Below, piece after piece: positions 1-13,496 of a stretch of 64,000 nt of DNA. The position numbers and the translations under genes are program-made. The first letter of the stretch is position 1; each line of letters begins with the position of its first letter. The notes below the pieces were generated by a model. The model made no database searches, was not told where the DNA came from, and saw nothing but the letters and a program-made list of their open reading frames with translations. The stretch is from contig CAWGMQ010000005.1 of the NCBI GenBank assembly GCA_963823665.1, positions 448,001-512,000 on the forward strand, written 5' to 3'. This DNA is from an uncultured Planctomycetota bacterium (GTDB lineage Bacteria > Planctomycetota > Planctomycetia > Isosphaerales > Isosphaeraceae).

Positions 1-1
1 G

Positions 2-3000
2 TCCGTCACCAACGCGGGCAACATCGTCCCCGGTGGGACGGATGCGGCGGGAATTCTCACGATCACGGGCAACTATACGCAGACCTCGGGCGGGACCCTC
101 ACCGTCAGTCTCAGCGGCACGGCCCCGGGCTCGGACGACGGAGAGTTGGTTGTGAGCGGCAAGGCCGCGCTGGGAGGCAACCTCAACCTCAATCTGTTCG
201 GCGGCTATATTCCCAACGACGGCGACCAGTACGTGGTTCTCGGCTACGGGTCCTCCGGCACTCATTTCGCGAACATCACCTATGCGAACTTCCCTGACGG
301 TACGACGGTCACTCCCACCTACAACTCGAGCGACTTGACGCTTGTGGCGAACGTCCCGCCGCCGGTTGATTTCGGGAAGCTCGATACCGACCTCACGACT
401 CATCTCAGCAATATTCAGTCCAGCGTGGATTCCGGGCTCAAGCAGGCCGTGGCAAACGCCGTGCCGATACCGATCATCGGCCAGAGCCTCACCAGCGTCT
501 CGCCGATCACGAGCGGGCTGGGAGCGATCATCCAGCCGCTCATCGCCGCGTTCCAATCGATCCAGGGAATCGCAGAGAATTCCCCCAAGCTGGGTTCCAC
601 GATCCAGTCCGCGGTGTACGCCTACCTTTCGGCGGGGGTCGCGGGCAACCCGGGAGTCGTGACACTTGCGGACCTGAACGACCAGAACAACGGCGGTATC
701 TCGCAGAATGACGTCATCGTCCAGACCGGTCTCGACCAGGACCACACGTTCTCCGTCGAGGTGCTCGTGACGGTGACCAATCCCGCGAGCATCGGGTTCA
801 GCCTGGGCCTGGGCAATTTCCTGACGCTCAAATCAACCTTTAGCCTTCCGTTCCAACTGACCACCGACTATCTGCTCTCGTTCAAGTTCGATCCGACCAC
901 GAATACGTTCACTCCCGATAACACCGCGAACCTTGCGGGCCAACCTGAGGCGCCGGATGCAGGGATACTCCCGGACGTGCCGCTGGCCGTCACTCTCGAC
1001 CTGGAGTCGTCGTCAACGTCGGCATCGTCTGCTACGGGTCAGCTCGCCGGACTTCTGTACGCCACAGTGTCGGACGCAGGCTCGAGCTTCATGGCGGCCC
1101 TCGGCGTGGGCCTGGACTCTGACGATAACGCCTCACTGACTTTGACGGGGAGTGCGACCGCCCACGTAGAGGTGAGCCTCACTTTTGGCAATCCGAGCGA
1201 CAACACCGGGATCAATCCGACGATCTCGACGGGCCTGGACTTCAACGTGAGCTTCGATTCCTCGTCGCTCGAGGGCGGGAGCTCGTCGTCGCCATTCGGC
1301 GACATCAGTCCGATCACGGTCGAGGCGGTCTCCGTGAGCCTCAATCTCGAGTTCCTGAACCCGATCCTCTCGGCCATCCAGACGGTCACCGAGCCGCTCC
1401 AACCCATCATTAACATCCTGGACGCACAGGTCCCCGGCCTCAATGAACTGGGGATCCACGAGACCCTGATCGGCCTCTTGCTGGGCGTGACCGGCAACGG
1501 CGACGAGCAGACGCCCGTCCAGGACTTCCTGAACCTGGTCACTGACATCAACCAGTTCCACATCAACTAGGGTAACGATTCGCTCAGCTTCACGGTCCTC
1601 GACAAATTTCAGATCCAGGTTCCCAATTTCAGCGCGGGGACCTCAAGCACGCTCGGTAGTCCGCAACCGAACTCCGATGCGGACCCGAATGATGATCAAT
1701 CCTGGAAAAACTCGGCAGTGGGCCAGCTCAACGACGACGAATCGGACGGCGGTTCGTCCGGAACGTCCATTTTCACATTCCCCTTTCTCACCGATCCGGT
1801 CCATGAACTGATTCCATTGCTCCTGGACCCAACCAGCTCCTCTGCCGCCCCGCCGGTGCTCTTCGAGCTCACCACGCCGGATATCAGCGTGAAGGGCGGC
1901 GTCCCGATCCCGATCGGATCGGTCCCGCCGTTCATTCCGGTCATTGATCTTGTCCTGGGCGCGAAGCTCGACATGCAACTGGCAGTGGGATACGACCTCA
2001 CGGGTTTGATGCTGATCGCGCACGGGGGGCCCCCCAGCGACCTTCTCGACGGCTTCTTCATCGACGACAGCGTGACGCACATCACGACGAGTGGGACCAT
2101 CGGGCTCGAAGCCGACGCGTACCTCGCAAGCATCCAAGGCGACCTTAGCGTTGGACTGACACTGTCGCCCGCGCCCAACGGACCGGGCGACCGGACTTAC
2201 CTGTACAAGCTTCCGGGCGAGTCGATCGACCAGATTCTCAATTTCTCCGCGGACATCACGCTGTCATTCACGGTCAGCGTGGGTATCGAGCTCGGGCCGA
2301 TCCAGGCGACCTTGTTCAGCTTCACCATCGGGCCGTTCACCCTCGCCCAGTTCGGGACGGCGTACAGCGCTCCGTCGATCCAACTGGACACCAGCCCAAC
2401 GATCGCGATCACCGAGACGAACTCGGAGTCGGGGAACATCGTCGTTCATCAGGCGACCATTCCGGACCCGAACACGGCCAATCAAAATGACGTTGTCATC
2501 GAGGTCGATTACCCCGACGGCACCCACGATTACTATCCCGTGGAGGCGCTTGACGCGACGACCAACAATCCGATCAGCCGGCCCAGCTCCTGGCCCACCA
2601 ACTACCAGATCATCACCGAGACGAACGGGTTGGCATCGTTTCCGATCATGGACCCCACGGCGATCACGCAGGGTCAGACGATCATCGTCAACTCCGACGT
2701 CGTGAATTACAACGCGAACAACCAGCAAGAGCCCGTCAACGCGGTGCTGATCGGCGGCGAGGGCAACGACGAGCTGGAGTATTACGCCAGCGGGAACGCG
2801 CTTTTGATCGGCAACGGCGGCAGCAACACCCTGCTCGGCGGCGGCAAGGGCACCGTCTATGCCTTCGGCGATTCCATCGATCCACACCAGCCCGATCCCC
2901 TCCTCAGTAATCCCGCCTGGTTCAGCTCGATGCCGTCCTCGATTTATAATTTCGTGTTTACACCGCAGGGCTCGCACGGCGAGCTGGCCGTTCCTACCGA

Positions 3001-6000
3001 TGAGAACCACCACGGAATCGATCGCCGGGGCGGGGAACGGCGACTTCCTCGAGGGCGGGGCGGGCGGCAACGCGTTCGGGGAAAGCGGCGACAACTTCGA
3101 AATCGTGACCGAAGGGAACACGGCGAATCAGATCGAGATCTCGCCGGCCACCGGCAAAGGCTCGGGCCAGACGATCTATCACAGCATCTACTTCACGAGC
3201 ACCGTAGCGGGGAGTAGCCCCGGCAACTGGATGGGTCTGAGCCCGGATTCGACGGACAACCTGGTGTTGAGCAGCGTGGCTGCCACGTCAAACTCGAACG
3301 CGTATCTTCAGATTGCCGGGACCGAGACGAACCTCAACGTGTATGGCGAAGTGCAGTACGTGTCGCTCTCGATCTCGGGCGGGACACTCGAGCTCGGCGA
3401 CATGTCGGCCCTCTCGACGTTCGTCACTTTCATCATCCAGGAAGACAGCGGGCTCGACTCGTCGAGCCCGCTCACGACCGGTAGTCCAAACACAATCATC
3501 ATGGATGGGCCCGCCTCGGGCGCCGCTGCGAATATCATCGTGGGCGGCTACCCGGTCTACGAAGGAATCAATGGGGCGGCTGAGTTCGACGGCGTTCCCC
3601 CGTTCTACGACCTCGTCGCCGGGGATTTCTCGACCGACACGGAGGCTGTCTTCCAGGGCCTGACCAATCAGGACACGGTTTACATGCAAATGCAGGGCGG
3701 TTCGGCGTACGTGAACAGCCCTGAGGAGACGGGCCTGGTGGTGCCGACCCTGGGCGACCTCGGCCTCGAGCAGATCGACTTCAATGGAGGGGTCCCGGTT
3801 CAGGGCGAGGGCCGGAAGGCCAACAGCATTACTATCTACGGCGGGGCCGGCGACAGTTTGGTCATGTCCCCCGACAGCAGCCCGCCCGGCTCACTCTTGA
3901 CCGACAACCAGACCACAGACGGCGAAACGGTCGGCGGAATCGACCTCATTGGAACGGCTCCCGGCGACACGACCACGATTTACGGCGGGATGCCCCCGGC
4001 CGGCGACTTCCTCACGTATACCGACTCGTTCGACATCGACGCCTCGTACCTCAGTGGAAACCTCAATCTGATCGGAGGCTATGGTTCGCTCGCGACTCAG
4101 GAGCTGGTCAACGACTACTTCCTGATCACCAACGTCAGCGCCCTACTCTCGACCTACATGGTCGGCGGCGGTGCGGCCAACACCTTCTACATCGAGCACA
4201 ACGGGGGACTCAACAGCAATATCACGATCGTCGGCGGCCCGGGCGGCGCGGCGACCGATACCCTGGTCGTCGACCGCACGGAGACGTCGAAGAAGGACCC
4301 GGACAGTCTCACGTTCAGCGCGGGCACAAGCCCCCTCGTCGGCAATCAGAACGTGGGCGTGCAGATGACGGGGACCGATACCTCGATCTTCGAGTATGGC
4401 GTCTACACCATCGACGTGGGGATGCACGGCGGAACTCTCGACGTGAACGACCTCATCGCGGCGGGTTCGTACAATGTCAACGTCGTCGGCCTGGCGAGCC
4501 CCGCCGGCAATCCCAATCATATCATCATCGAGGCGCCAAACAGCTATGGGGATGCGATCTCGGTGGACACCGGGTTGACCATCGATGACGCGGCAACGGA
4601 GACGGACTATTCGATCACCGGGTTAGTGGCCCAGGACGATGTGCGGATCAAGCTCCGAGGATACGGTATCGAGACGGTCAACGACCTCCAGACCCTCGGC
4701 CCATACACCCTGTTCTTCGATGGATCGGCGGAGGGTAGGCGCGGCTCTTACTTCGAAATCCCCATGGTCGTGCCTGACTTCGCTCTCGGTGTGGACAAAG
4801 ACTCGGAGGGGGATACGGAGTTCTCGTCTGGAGAAGGCATTGTCGTCTTCCACGACCCGATTCCCGCCGACCAGTTCGCCCTTGCCGACGAATCACTCTC
4901 CGGCACGACAAATTACTTCGACGTCGCCGATGCAACGGCCCTCGTGGGTTCCCTCGAGATCGGGGGCAGCCAGTTCGGCACGACGGCCTCCGACTTGTTC
5001 GAGGTCGACGCCACGCCCACCGCCAACCTCGCCATCACGCTGCATTCGGGTTTTGGAGCGAATGTCTACGACCTCGATGATGTGGGAAACAATGAGGGAA
5101 TTACGATCGACGCAGACTCCGGGACCAACAAGCTTATCCTCGACCACACCGGGTCTTCATCCACGAGTCCGTATAATCTGACGCTCTCGGCGATGTACGT
5201 CGAAGATTACAGGCGTCAAGCTGTGATCGTCACCGGCGAGACAACCTCCGCAGTCGTGATCGGCGTGCTGGACATCGACGTCAACATGTACGGCGGGACG
5301 CTCGACGTGGGCGACCTCTCGGCCGTGGGTGCCACGAACATCGTCGTGACGGGCAAGGCGCACATCCCGAAAGATCCCAATGAGGTCGTCGTCGAGCCGC
5401 CAGCGATGGGCGCGCCGGACAATCTCGATGTCATATCGGACGGCGGGCTGGACATCGGCGACACGGCGACCGATACGACTTACCTGGTCACGGGGTTCGT
5501 GACCCAGGACGACGTGCGGATCAAGCTCAATGGCGGCGGCTCCGAAACCGTCGACGACCTGGACATGCTCGGGGATTACGGGCTGATCTTCGACGGTTCG
5601 GACCGGTCGAGCGGCGCCAACACGCTCAACGTTCAGCTCGCCACGCCCGGCTTCGTGGCGACGATGGCCACCGAGTCAGTCGGTGATCCGCAGCTCCAGG
5701 ACGCCAACGGCCTGCTATCCTTCCACGGCTCGATCTCGACCGACCACATGAACGTTGAAGACGAGGTGCCGCTCGGTACGCCGGGCGATCTCACCGATAC
5801 ATTCGACATCGACGACTCGGCCCTCCAGGGCACGCTCGACCTGGTCGGCACCAAGTGGACCCCGGTGCCAGTCGCCGACACGTTCGAGGTCACCAACACG
5901 CCTGTAACCGGCCTGACGACCGATCTCACCGGCGGCACGGGGTCCAATGTCTTTGACATCGTTCACGGTGGACTCAATATCCTTGACGGTGGAATCAACA

Positions 6001-9000
6001 GGGGCATCATCGTCTCGGGCGGGAGCGGCAGCAACGAGCTCGTCCTCGACCGTAGCCGGTCGTCGGGCGCGGCGCCCGACAGTGTCACGCTCGCCACGCC
6101 GGACAATAATATGACCTCTCCCGCCGGGCACGTTCAAGTCACCGGAACGTCGACGTCGTTCATGGCGTCCAACGTTTATAACATTCAAGTCAACATGTAT
6201 GGCGGCACGCTCTACGCCGGCGACTTGAGCCCGGCCGGCAAGTTCGCCGTCGACGTGACGGGCGAGGCCAGCCCTGACCGCGACGCCAACCACGTCGTCA
6301 TCGAGCCGCCGCTGGGGAATGCGCGAGACAACGTCACGGTTCTTGCAGGGATGGCGATCGAGGACACGGCCACCAGTACAAATTATAACTTTTACCAACT
6401 GGCCGCGCAGGACGACGTGCGGATCATGCTCAATGGGAGCGGTACCGAGACTGTCAATAACATCGAGACCCTCGGCCCCAGCACGCTGATCTTCGACGGT
6501 TCGGCACGCTCCCTCGGCGGCAACACGCTCAGTGTGCCGCTTACAGAGGCTTTCCTCGCGAACTTCGTCATCGACGCGGCCGGAGATCCGGAGCTCCAGG
6601 AGAACGGCGGCGGGCTGGTGGCCTTCCATGGGTCGATTCCAACCGACCAGTGGAACATTACCGACAGAGCGACCTCGAACAATTTTGGCAACACCATCAA
6701 CGTCGAAGATGACTCGGCCCTCGAGGGGACGCTCGAGCTCGTGGGCGGACCGGATAAAGATGAGTTCAACGTCTACAACACCGCCGCCGCCAACCTCACG
6801 ACCGAGCTGGTCGGGGGCGCGGGACAGACTGACTTCACCATTCAACACGGCGGCGTCAATGAGAACATCGCGGTCATCGGGGGTACGGGCGTCAACGACC
6901 TGTTCCTCGACCGTCCCCAGACATCGGCCACTGCGCCCGATTTCCTGGCCCTCTCCAGCGGCAGCACGAGCCCGGGCGGGCCGGCCAACGTCGTGGATAT
7001 CACCGGTACCGAGACATCGATCACGGCGTCAGGCGTCTTCGCCTTCGGCATCGACATGTACGGAGGAACGCTCGACGCGGGCGACCTGGGGCCGCTGGGG
7101 TCGCAAGCCACCTACCTGGTGCACGCCTTGGCGAGTCCTGCGTGCGACCCGAATCACGTCATCATCGAGCCGCCGCTCGACAATGCCCCGGACAACATCA
7201 CGGTCCTCTCCGGACCGATCGTCGCGGACACGGCCACCGACACAGATTACTTCTTCGAGGATCTGGCGGCGCAGGACGACATTCGGATCAAGCTCAACGG
7301 CGGTGGTTCCGAGACCGTCGACGACCTCCCGACCGTCGGTCCTGAAAACCTGATCTTCGACGGTTCGAATCGGTCGGGCGGGAGCAACACGCTCAACGTG
7401 CCGATCGCGCTCTCCAGCTTCGCGCTTTCGATGGCCACCGACGCGGCGGGCGATCCCCAGCTCAAGGATGGCGGCGTGGTCTCGTTCCACGGGTCGACGC
7501 CGGCTGACGTGCTCACCGTCAGCGACCAGGTCACGAGCGGAGGCCCCCGTACCTTCGACAGCTTCCAGATCGACGACTCGGCGCTCGAGGGAACGCTCAA
7601 GCTCGTGGGCAACCAATCGACGTCGGACGAGATCAAGAACTCGTTCACGGTGACGTCGACACCCAGTGCGAATCTCGCCACCGACCTGATCGGCGGGACG
7701 GGCCCGAACTACTTCGACATCGTGCACGACGCGGTCAACCAGGGCATCAACGTGACCGGCGGCCCCAGCCTCAATAGCCTGGTCGTGGACAGGGACGCGC
7801 CGTCGGCGCCGGCTCCCGACAGCCTTGCGATCACGGCAATCCAGTCCGAGCCGGATCCGGAGTTGCAGGTCACCGGCACGACGACATCCGTGATCGCGAC
7901 CGGCCTCTTCACCGTCGACGCAAACATGAACGGCGGCACGCTCGACGTGGGCGGCCTGAGTCTGCTCGGCGGCGATTCCCTCAGTGTAACCGGCAGCCCC
8001 AGCGCCCCGACCGACGTCACCCTCGACGCGACTTCGCTTGTCGGGTACTTCCTCACGCTTGGCGACGGCCCGGAGAGTTTTGAGTCGTTCCAGTGGAAAC
8101 TGCCCCGTGGCGTCCAATCGGCGATCGACCTCCAGCAGAACTCGGTCGAATTGACGCTCGAGCTCCCGACGAGCGAATCCAACAATCTGGTCAACCTGAC
8201 CGTCAACGATACCGGGCTTCTTCCCACGACCATCGACGAAGGTCCGGTACCAACCATCGTGGCCGGCACGACCGGGTCCCTGACCTTCCAGAGCAACGAT
8301 CCCGCCTCGATCACGATCGGCCTTGCGGGCAGCGTGCAAGGACTGAACGGCGCGGTAAACGTTCTGACGACGACCCCGACCAGCTCGCCCTCCAGCCTGG
8401 TCGTCGACGATTCGGCCGATACCAAAGCAGAATCGGTTGACCTCGCGCCCGCGGCGGGCGGCCTGTACTCGATCACCGGCCTGGCGCCGGTGCCGATCGC
8501 CTTCACCGCGGCGCAGTATGCCCTCACTCTCAACGGGGGACCGGCCGGTAACACGTTTGACGTGGTGGACACCGAGGCCGGGGCTGGGCTCACCGTTAAC
8601 GCCGGCTCGGGCAGCGACGCGATCACCGCCCAGGTCGCGGGCACCGGCGGATTCGCCCCGCTGACCGTCAACGGCGGGCTCGGCCTCAACTCGCTCGCTG
8701 TCATCGGCAGCAACGACAATCCGGTCTTCACCGATACGCCGGCCGCCGGCCAGCCCGGTGCCGGCACGTTCACGGTGAGCTACCCGCCGAACGGTCCGAC
8801 GCGCACCATTCAGTACACCGGCATCAGCACCATCGTCAGCCCCACGACGACGGGCCTGGTCTCCTCGTCGGCGAACGACACATCCACCCTGGGCCAGTCG
8901 GTCACGTTCACGGCCACGGTGGGTGCGGACTACGCCGGCGCGGGAACGCCAGCCGGCACCGTTACCTTCATGGACGGCTCCTCGACGCTAGCGACCAAGC

Positions 9001-10696
9001 CGCTGACCGGCGGCGTGGCTACTTACACGACCACCACCCTGAGCGTGGGGAGCCATTCGATCACCGCGACGTTTGTTCCATCCGGCAGCTTCCAGACGAG
9101 CACTTCCCCCAAAGTCGTGCAGCTCGTCGTCACACCCCTTCAGATCTCGTCGATCGCCCCCGTGGCTCCCAATCCGCGGAACACGGCCGTCTCGACGATC
9201 AACGTCACCTTCAACGCGCCGATCAACACCAGTAGCCTGACCGCCGGCGCCCTGACGTTGACTGACGATGGAACGACGCTCTCGGTCGCCGGAGTCTCGC
9301 TGTCATTGATCTCCGGCACGACCTACGCAATCAACGGTCTGGCCGGACTAACTACGACTGACGGGAATTTTACGCTGACCGTCAACGGCGCCGACTTCCA
9401 GGAACAAACGACCGGTATGCCCGGCTCGGGAGCCCTCTCGGTTTCCTGGCTGATGGATACGACGCCGCCTACCAGCCATGTCAATCCGCTACCGGCGCGA
9501 GACCGGCCTCAGCTTCCCCGTGTCGGCCGCCGGCTCCGACCTTGGCGCCGCGCCCTCGGGGATAGCCTCGTACGCGATCTACGTCTCGAGCAACGGGGGC
9601 TCATGGTCGCAGTGGACGACGGTGCCGGCCTCCGACCCCACCGGTACCTTCACTGGCCAGAGCAACACGACCTACGCCTTTTACAGCATCGCAACCGACA
9701 ACGCCGGCAACACCGAGAGCAAGCAGCCGACGATCGAGGCCAGCACCTACGTTCCCAACCTGACCCCGCCGATCACATCGGTCGACGGGACCACCGGGGC
9801 CAACCCGACCACCGTCAACACCAGCACGGGAACCGTCACGCTCGACATCGCCGCCACTGACCCGGGTGGTGGTGTCATCACCTACTTCGAAGTCTTCGTC
9901 TCGGTCGATGGCGGGGCGTATACGATGATCAACGGAGCAGCGATCCCGGCGGGGCCGCCCAACAGCCAGGGGATCACGGATGCGACCATTCCGTACCAGG
10001 GCGTGACGGACGGCAAGAGCCATACGTACCAGTTCTACAGCATCGGCTTCGACAGCGCGGGCAACGTGCAGTCGACAGCCTCCACTCCCAAGCTGACTCT
10101 GACCGAGACCTTCGCCCAGCCGTCCGCGCTGCAGGTGACAAACCTGATCGTGGAGGATGGCGCCGTCGAACGGTCGTACATCCGTTACCTCGACATCGGC
10201 TTCAACGAATCGGACGGCCAGTCGGGTGGCGAGCTCACCGAGCTCGTCAACTCCCTCGGCTCCTCATCGCCCGCGATTCAGCTCTACAAGTACGATCTCA
10301 GCGACGACGCCTCGAGCAAGACGTCGGTTCTCGCTTTCGGGAGTGTCCGTCGAGTTGATCGACCACGCCATCGAGCTCGACTTCGGGGCGAGTGGCCTCG
10401 GTGGCAGCCCGAGCACGACGACCGCGGACGGTTATTACGAACTGGATATCAAGCTTCCGAACGGAGCGACGGCCGTTCATCACTTCTACCGGCTCCTGGG
10501 CGACGTCACCGGCGATGGTGTGGTGGACAACAACGACCTGAACGCGATCGCCGCCGAGATCAATCTGTCGAACCCAATGGGCTTCGCACCCATCGGCGCG
10601 GACATAAACGGCGACGGCACGGTCTCAGTGGTCGACCTCACGCTGGCGACCCGGGCCAAGGGGCACAAGCTGAATTCGGGACTGCCGCTGGGATGA
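2..10696 (+). CDS. Giant secreted/surface protein, 5'-partial (>3500 aa): beta-helix/autotransporter-like segment, RTX-like Gly-rich repeats, ~295-aa tandem repeats, Ig-like (Big_3-type) domain, C-terminal dockerin-like double EF-hand. Split in this assembly by one in-frame TAG and three frameshifts
   Basis: The frame is open from position 2 (SVTNAGNIVPGGTDAAGILTITGNYTQTSGG). ORFs 146-1570 and 1718-3217 are in the same frame, separated only by TAG 1568-1570. Coherent T/S/G/D-rich sequence continues across frame switches near 3008, 9498 and 10330. Motifs: GGEGNDEL, STLGQSVTFTATV, GDVTGDGVVDNNDL...ADINGDGTVSVVDL. Confidence 0.82.
4030..8030 (+). repeat. About 4.5 tandem ~290-300-aa repeats inside the giant protein
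   Basis: QDD(V/I)RI(K/M)L begins at 4632, 5505, 6408 and 7272 (spacing 873, 903, 864 nt). M(Y/H/N)GGTL occurs five times (~4422, 5286, 6195, 7056, 7926). Boundaries are approximate. Confidence 0.85.
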
Positions 10697-10771
10697 TAAC
10701 CGTCTGCTACAGACGCGGGGAAACGCGGAAAAGGAACGGGGAAAAGGCCATGCACTTTCGGCGGGTCGGAA

Positions 10772-10937
10772 TAAGTTGCCAATGATCCCGTAATACCCAT
10801 AGTGGCCCCGCAGTTTTTGCGTGAGCTTTTGGTATTGCTCCTTGACCGGAACGTGCCGGTTTTTACGACACCATTCCGACAGCGCTGCAAGCGCTCGCTT
10901 GAGTCGGCTCTTCGCTGTCTTCCGTTTTGACCACCCA
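10772..10937 (-). pseudogene. Fragment of a group II intron reverse transcriptase/maturase (thumb/X domain)
   Basis: The minus strand reads WVVK(frameshift)RKTAKSRLKRALAALSEWCRKNRHVPVKEQYQKLTQKLRGHYGYYGIIGN. The LRGHYGYYGI-GN pattern is typical of group II intron maturases. Confidence 0.75.
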
Positions 10938-10943
10938 CACGGA

Positions 10944-11091
10944 GATGTCAGACATCGACGTTTTGCCGAGCGTCGGGCACTCGCCGTCTGCGTGTTCGAA
11001 ATGATCAGAGGCCGTGGTTTTGCGCCGAAACTGTGAGGTCGCGAATGAACGGATGTGGGGGCCGTGAGACAAAGGATGGGTGTCTGGAATC
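10944..11091 (+). mobile_element. 148-bp MITE/REPIN-like element, copy 1
   Basis: Imperfect terminal inverted repeats GATGTCAGACATCGACGTTTTG ... CAAAGGATGGGTGTCTGGAATC. Collinear with the copy at 14611-14758. Confidence 0.75.
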
Positions 11092-11131
11092 CTCATGCGA
11101 CCGGCGCCTTAGCCTGCAATCGTGTCGGGAA

Positions 11132-13033
11132 TTACACCTTCCCGGTCAACGCGTACGACAAGGCCTCGGTCTTGAGCACGTAGCCTGCCGCCTGGATCTG
11201 AAACAGTCGCGCGTAGATTTTGCCGAGCCGCATCAGGTCGTCGTGCGTTCCCTGTTCTGCCACGATCCCATCCTTGAGGACGCAAATCCGATCCGCCTTC
11301 CTCACCGTTGAGAAACGGTGCGAGATGAGGATCACCGTCTTGTCCCTGGGCAGCGCTTCCAGCTCCTCGAAGATGCGCGCTTCGGCCTCCGCGTCGATGG
11401 ACGCCGTGGGCTCATCGAGGATCAGCAGCCCGGGATCGCGGTAGAACGACCGGGCCAGAGCCAGCTTCTGGAGCTGGCCCTTGGAGGGGTCGATGCCGTC
11501 GGGAAATTCGCGCCCCACCATCTGCTCGTACTGTCCCGCCCATTCCGCGATGAATCCCTCCGCGCCGCTCCGCCGGGCGGCCTGACGAACTTTGTCCATG
11601 TCCGCCGCCGGACTGCCGTTGCGCCGGCCCATTGCGATCACTTCCTTGACGAGGAAGTGGTAGTCGGCGTAGTCCTGAAACAGCACACTCATCTGGTGGT
11701 GCCAGCTATCCAGGTTCAGGTCGCGGAGGTCGTGCCCATTTACCAGGATTCTGCCCTCGGTTGGGTCGTAAATGCGGCAAATGAGTTTTACGAGTGTCGT
11801 CTTTCCGGAGCCGTTCACGCCCACGAGCGCGACCTTCGCTCCCGAGGGGATGGCCAGCGACAGGTTTTTCAGGACCAGCTTGTCGGTTCCGGGATAAGCA
11901 AACGACACATTGTCGAGGACGATCTCTGGAGCTGCGCCCGCAGACAGCACGCGCGCATTCTGCGCGCGGGGGATGGCGGGCGGAGTGTCCATGACCTCAA
12001 ACAGGTTGGTGGCAAACAGGCTGTGCTGGTACTGATGGCCCAGGCTCAGGAAAAACCCCGAGAGGGCGTCTTGCAGCTCACGGATGGCTCCAATGACGAA
12101 GGCCATGGTGCCTACCGCCAAGGCGCCGGTCGCGACGGCATCGATGATCGACACGACGGCCACCGCGATGGCGATACCGGCGGCGGAAAGCGCACCCATC
12201 TGGTAGATCAGTTTCCGCCGCTCGTTCGCGCGGTGTTCCTCGTTGAAGGCATGCAGCAGGTCGCGCATGGCGGAGAGGAAGTACCGGACGTTCTGGAATA
12301 GCTTCAGCTCAATGAGATTTGAGAGACTGTGGAAATGGCGATGAAAGTCGGCATACCGCCGCCGCTTCTCGGCGCTAGAGTCGTGAATGCTCCAGACGCC
12401 ATAGCCGTATTTCGCTTCCAGAACGAACTTGGGAATCGCCGCCACCACGACGAGGCCGAAGATCCGCCAATCGTAGAGAGCGAGCACGGTCGCCGCCACG
12501 CTGACGCCCAGCAGGCTTTGAAGGTTGTAGAACTGTTGCTCGAGCAGGGCGACCATCGGGTAGATCCCTTGACCTTCCGCCTTGGTGAGGAGGTCCTGGA
12601 ACTTGGGGCTCTCGTAGGTGGCGACGTCGATTTCGCCCTTTCGTTCGACCAGCTTCAACTCGAAGTGCTCGTCCATCAACAGGTGCATTTTGCGATCGAG
12701 GAAGCCTTTCCAGGCGTAGAGAGCATCGGGAAGGACGGTGGCGCCGACCGCCAGGGTAGCGAGCACTGACACGCTGCCGGTGAGCCCCTGGCCCGCGGTC
12801 CGAACCAATTCATTGATCAGCAAGGCGATGATGCCCGACTGCACGAACGGAACGCCTGCGCTCAGCAGAGACAGGAGAGTCTCGGCGATGACGATGCCAG
12901 GTTGTTGCCGCCAGGTTGCCGCCAGCAGTCGACCGGCGCTTACCAGCACAAGCTTGACAGCAGACAGAGGCAGTCTCATGAATTCCTTCAGAGTCGTGTC
13001 CTTGAGAAGGGAAGCGTGTTGGTCCGACACCAT
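11132..13033 (-). CDS. ABC transporter, fused permease/ATP-binding protein (exporter type)
   Basis: N-terminal TM helices, Walker A GVNGSGKTT, signature-like PSKGQLQK, Walker B LLILDEPT, H-loop ISHRFST. Confidence 0.92.
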   Translation of the reverse strand: MVSDQHASLLKDTTLKEFMRLPLSAVKLVLVSAGRLLAATWRQQPGIVIAETLLSLLSAGVPFVQSGIIALLINELVRTAGQGLTGSVSVLATLAVGATVLPDALYAWKGFLDRKMHLLMDEHFELKLVERKGEIDVATYESPKFQDLLTKAEGQGIYPMVALLEQQFYNLQSLLGVSVAATVLALYDWRIFGLVVVAAIPKFVLEAKYGYGVWSIHDSSAEKRRRYADFHRHFHSLSNLIELKLFQNVRYFLSAMRDLLHAFNEEHRANERRKLIYQMGALSAAGIAIAVAVVSIIDAVATGALAVGTMAFVIGAIRELQDALSGFFLSLGHQYQHSLFATNLFEVMDTPPAIPRAQNARVLSAGAAPEIVLDNVSFAYPGTDKLVLKNLSLAIPSGAKVALVGVNGSGKTTLVKLICRIYDPTEGRILVNGHDLRDLNLDSWHHQMSVLFQDYADYHFLVKEVIAMGRRNGSPAADMDKVRQAARRSGAEGFIAEWAGQYEQMVGREFPDGIDPSKGQLQKLALARSFYRDPGLLILDEPTASIDAEAEARIFEELEALPRDKTVILISHRFSTVRKADRICVLKDGIVAEQGTHDDLMRLGKIYARLFQIQAAGYVLKTEALSYALTGKV

Positions 13034-13244
13034 GTTGTTGCCAGCCGCCTACCACCAGAAACTCCAGGCCACCACGGTGCCGAAACGATGACACTGATGC
13101 CACGAGTTGGAGTTCGCGAACTTGGTGAGAGGTTTTTCGCCTCGCGGGCGAAATCCTCGCGGCAAAATCATTGCTGCCCAGTGAAATCCCGTGAGGATCA
13201 CGACGGGTATGATGTCCGCGATCAGCAATCCGCGCTACCGGTAA

Positions 13245-13426
13245 GACGCAAAGACGCCCACCTTCTTAGGAGCGTCGGAGACGCGCATTCTTTTTGTTCG
13301 AAGCGACCAGCGGCCGTGCCGTGGTTCTCCGCCGAGCGTGTGGGCCGCGAATGCATGGATGGGGGGGCGGAGAAAAACGATGGGTGTCTGGATTCCTTGT
13401 GAGACAAAGGATGGGTGTCTGGAATC
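13245..13426 (+). mobile_element. Diverged copy of the 148-bp element with a duplicated right end
   Basis: Left end GACGCAAAGACGCCCACCTT, internal GTTCGAA..GCCGTGGTT..CGCGAATG.ATGGATG, then GATGGGTGTCTGGATTC followed by a second GTGAGACAAAGGATGGGTGTCTGGAATC. Confidence 0.65.
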
Positions 13427-13496
13427 CTCAGCCGTGGACAGGAGAGCGGAGGGTGATCAGGATTCGGGAATCCCACAGACGCCGAGGGTGCCTCCC

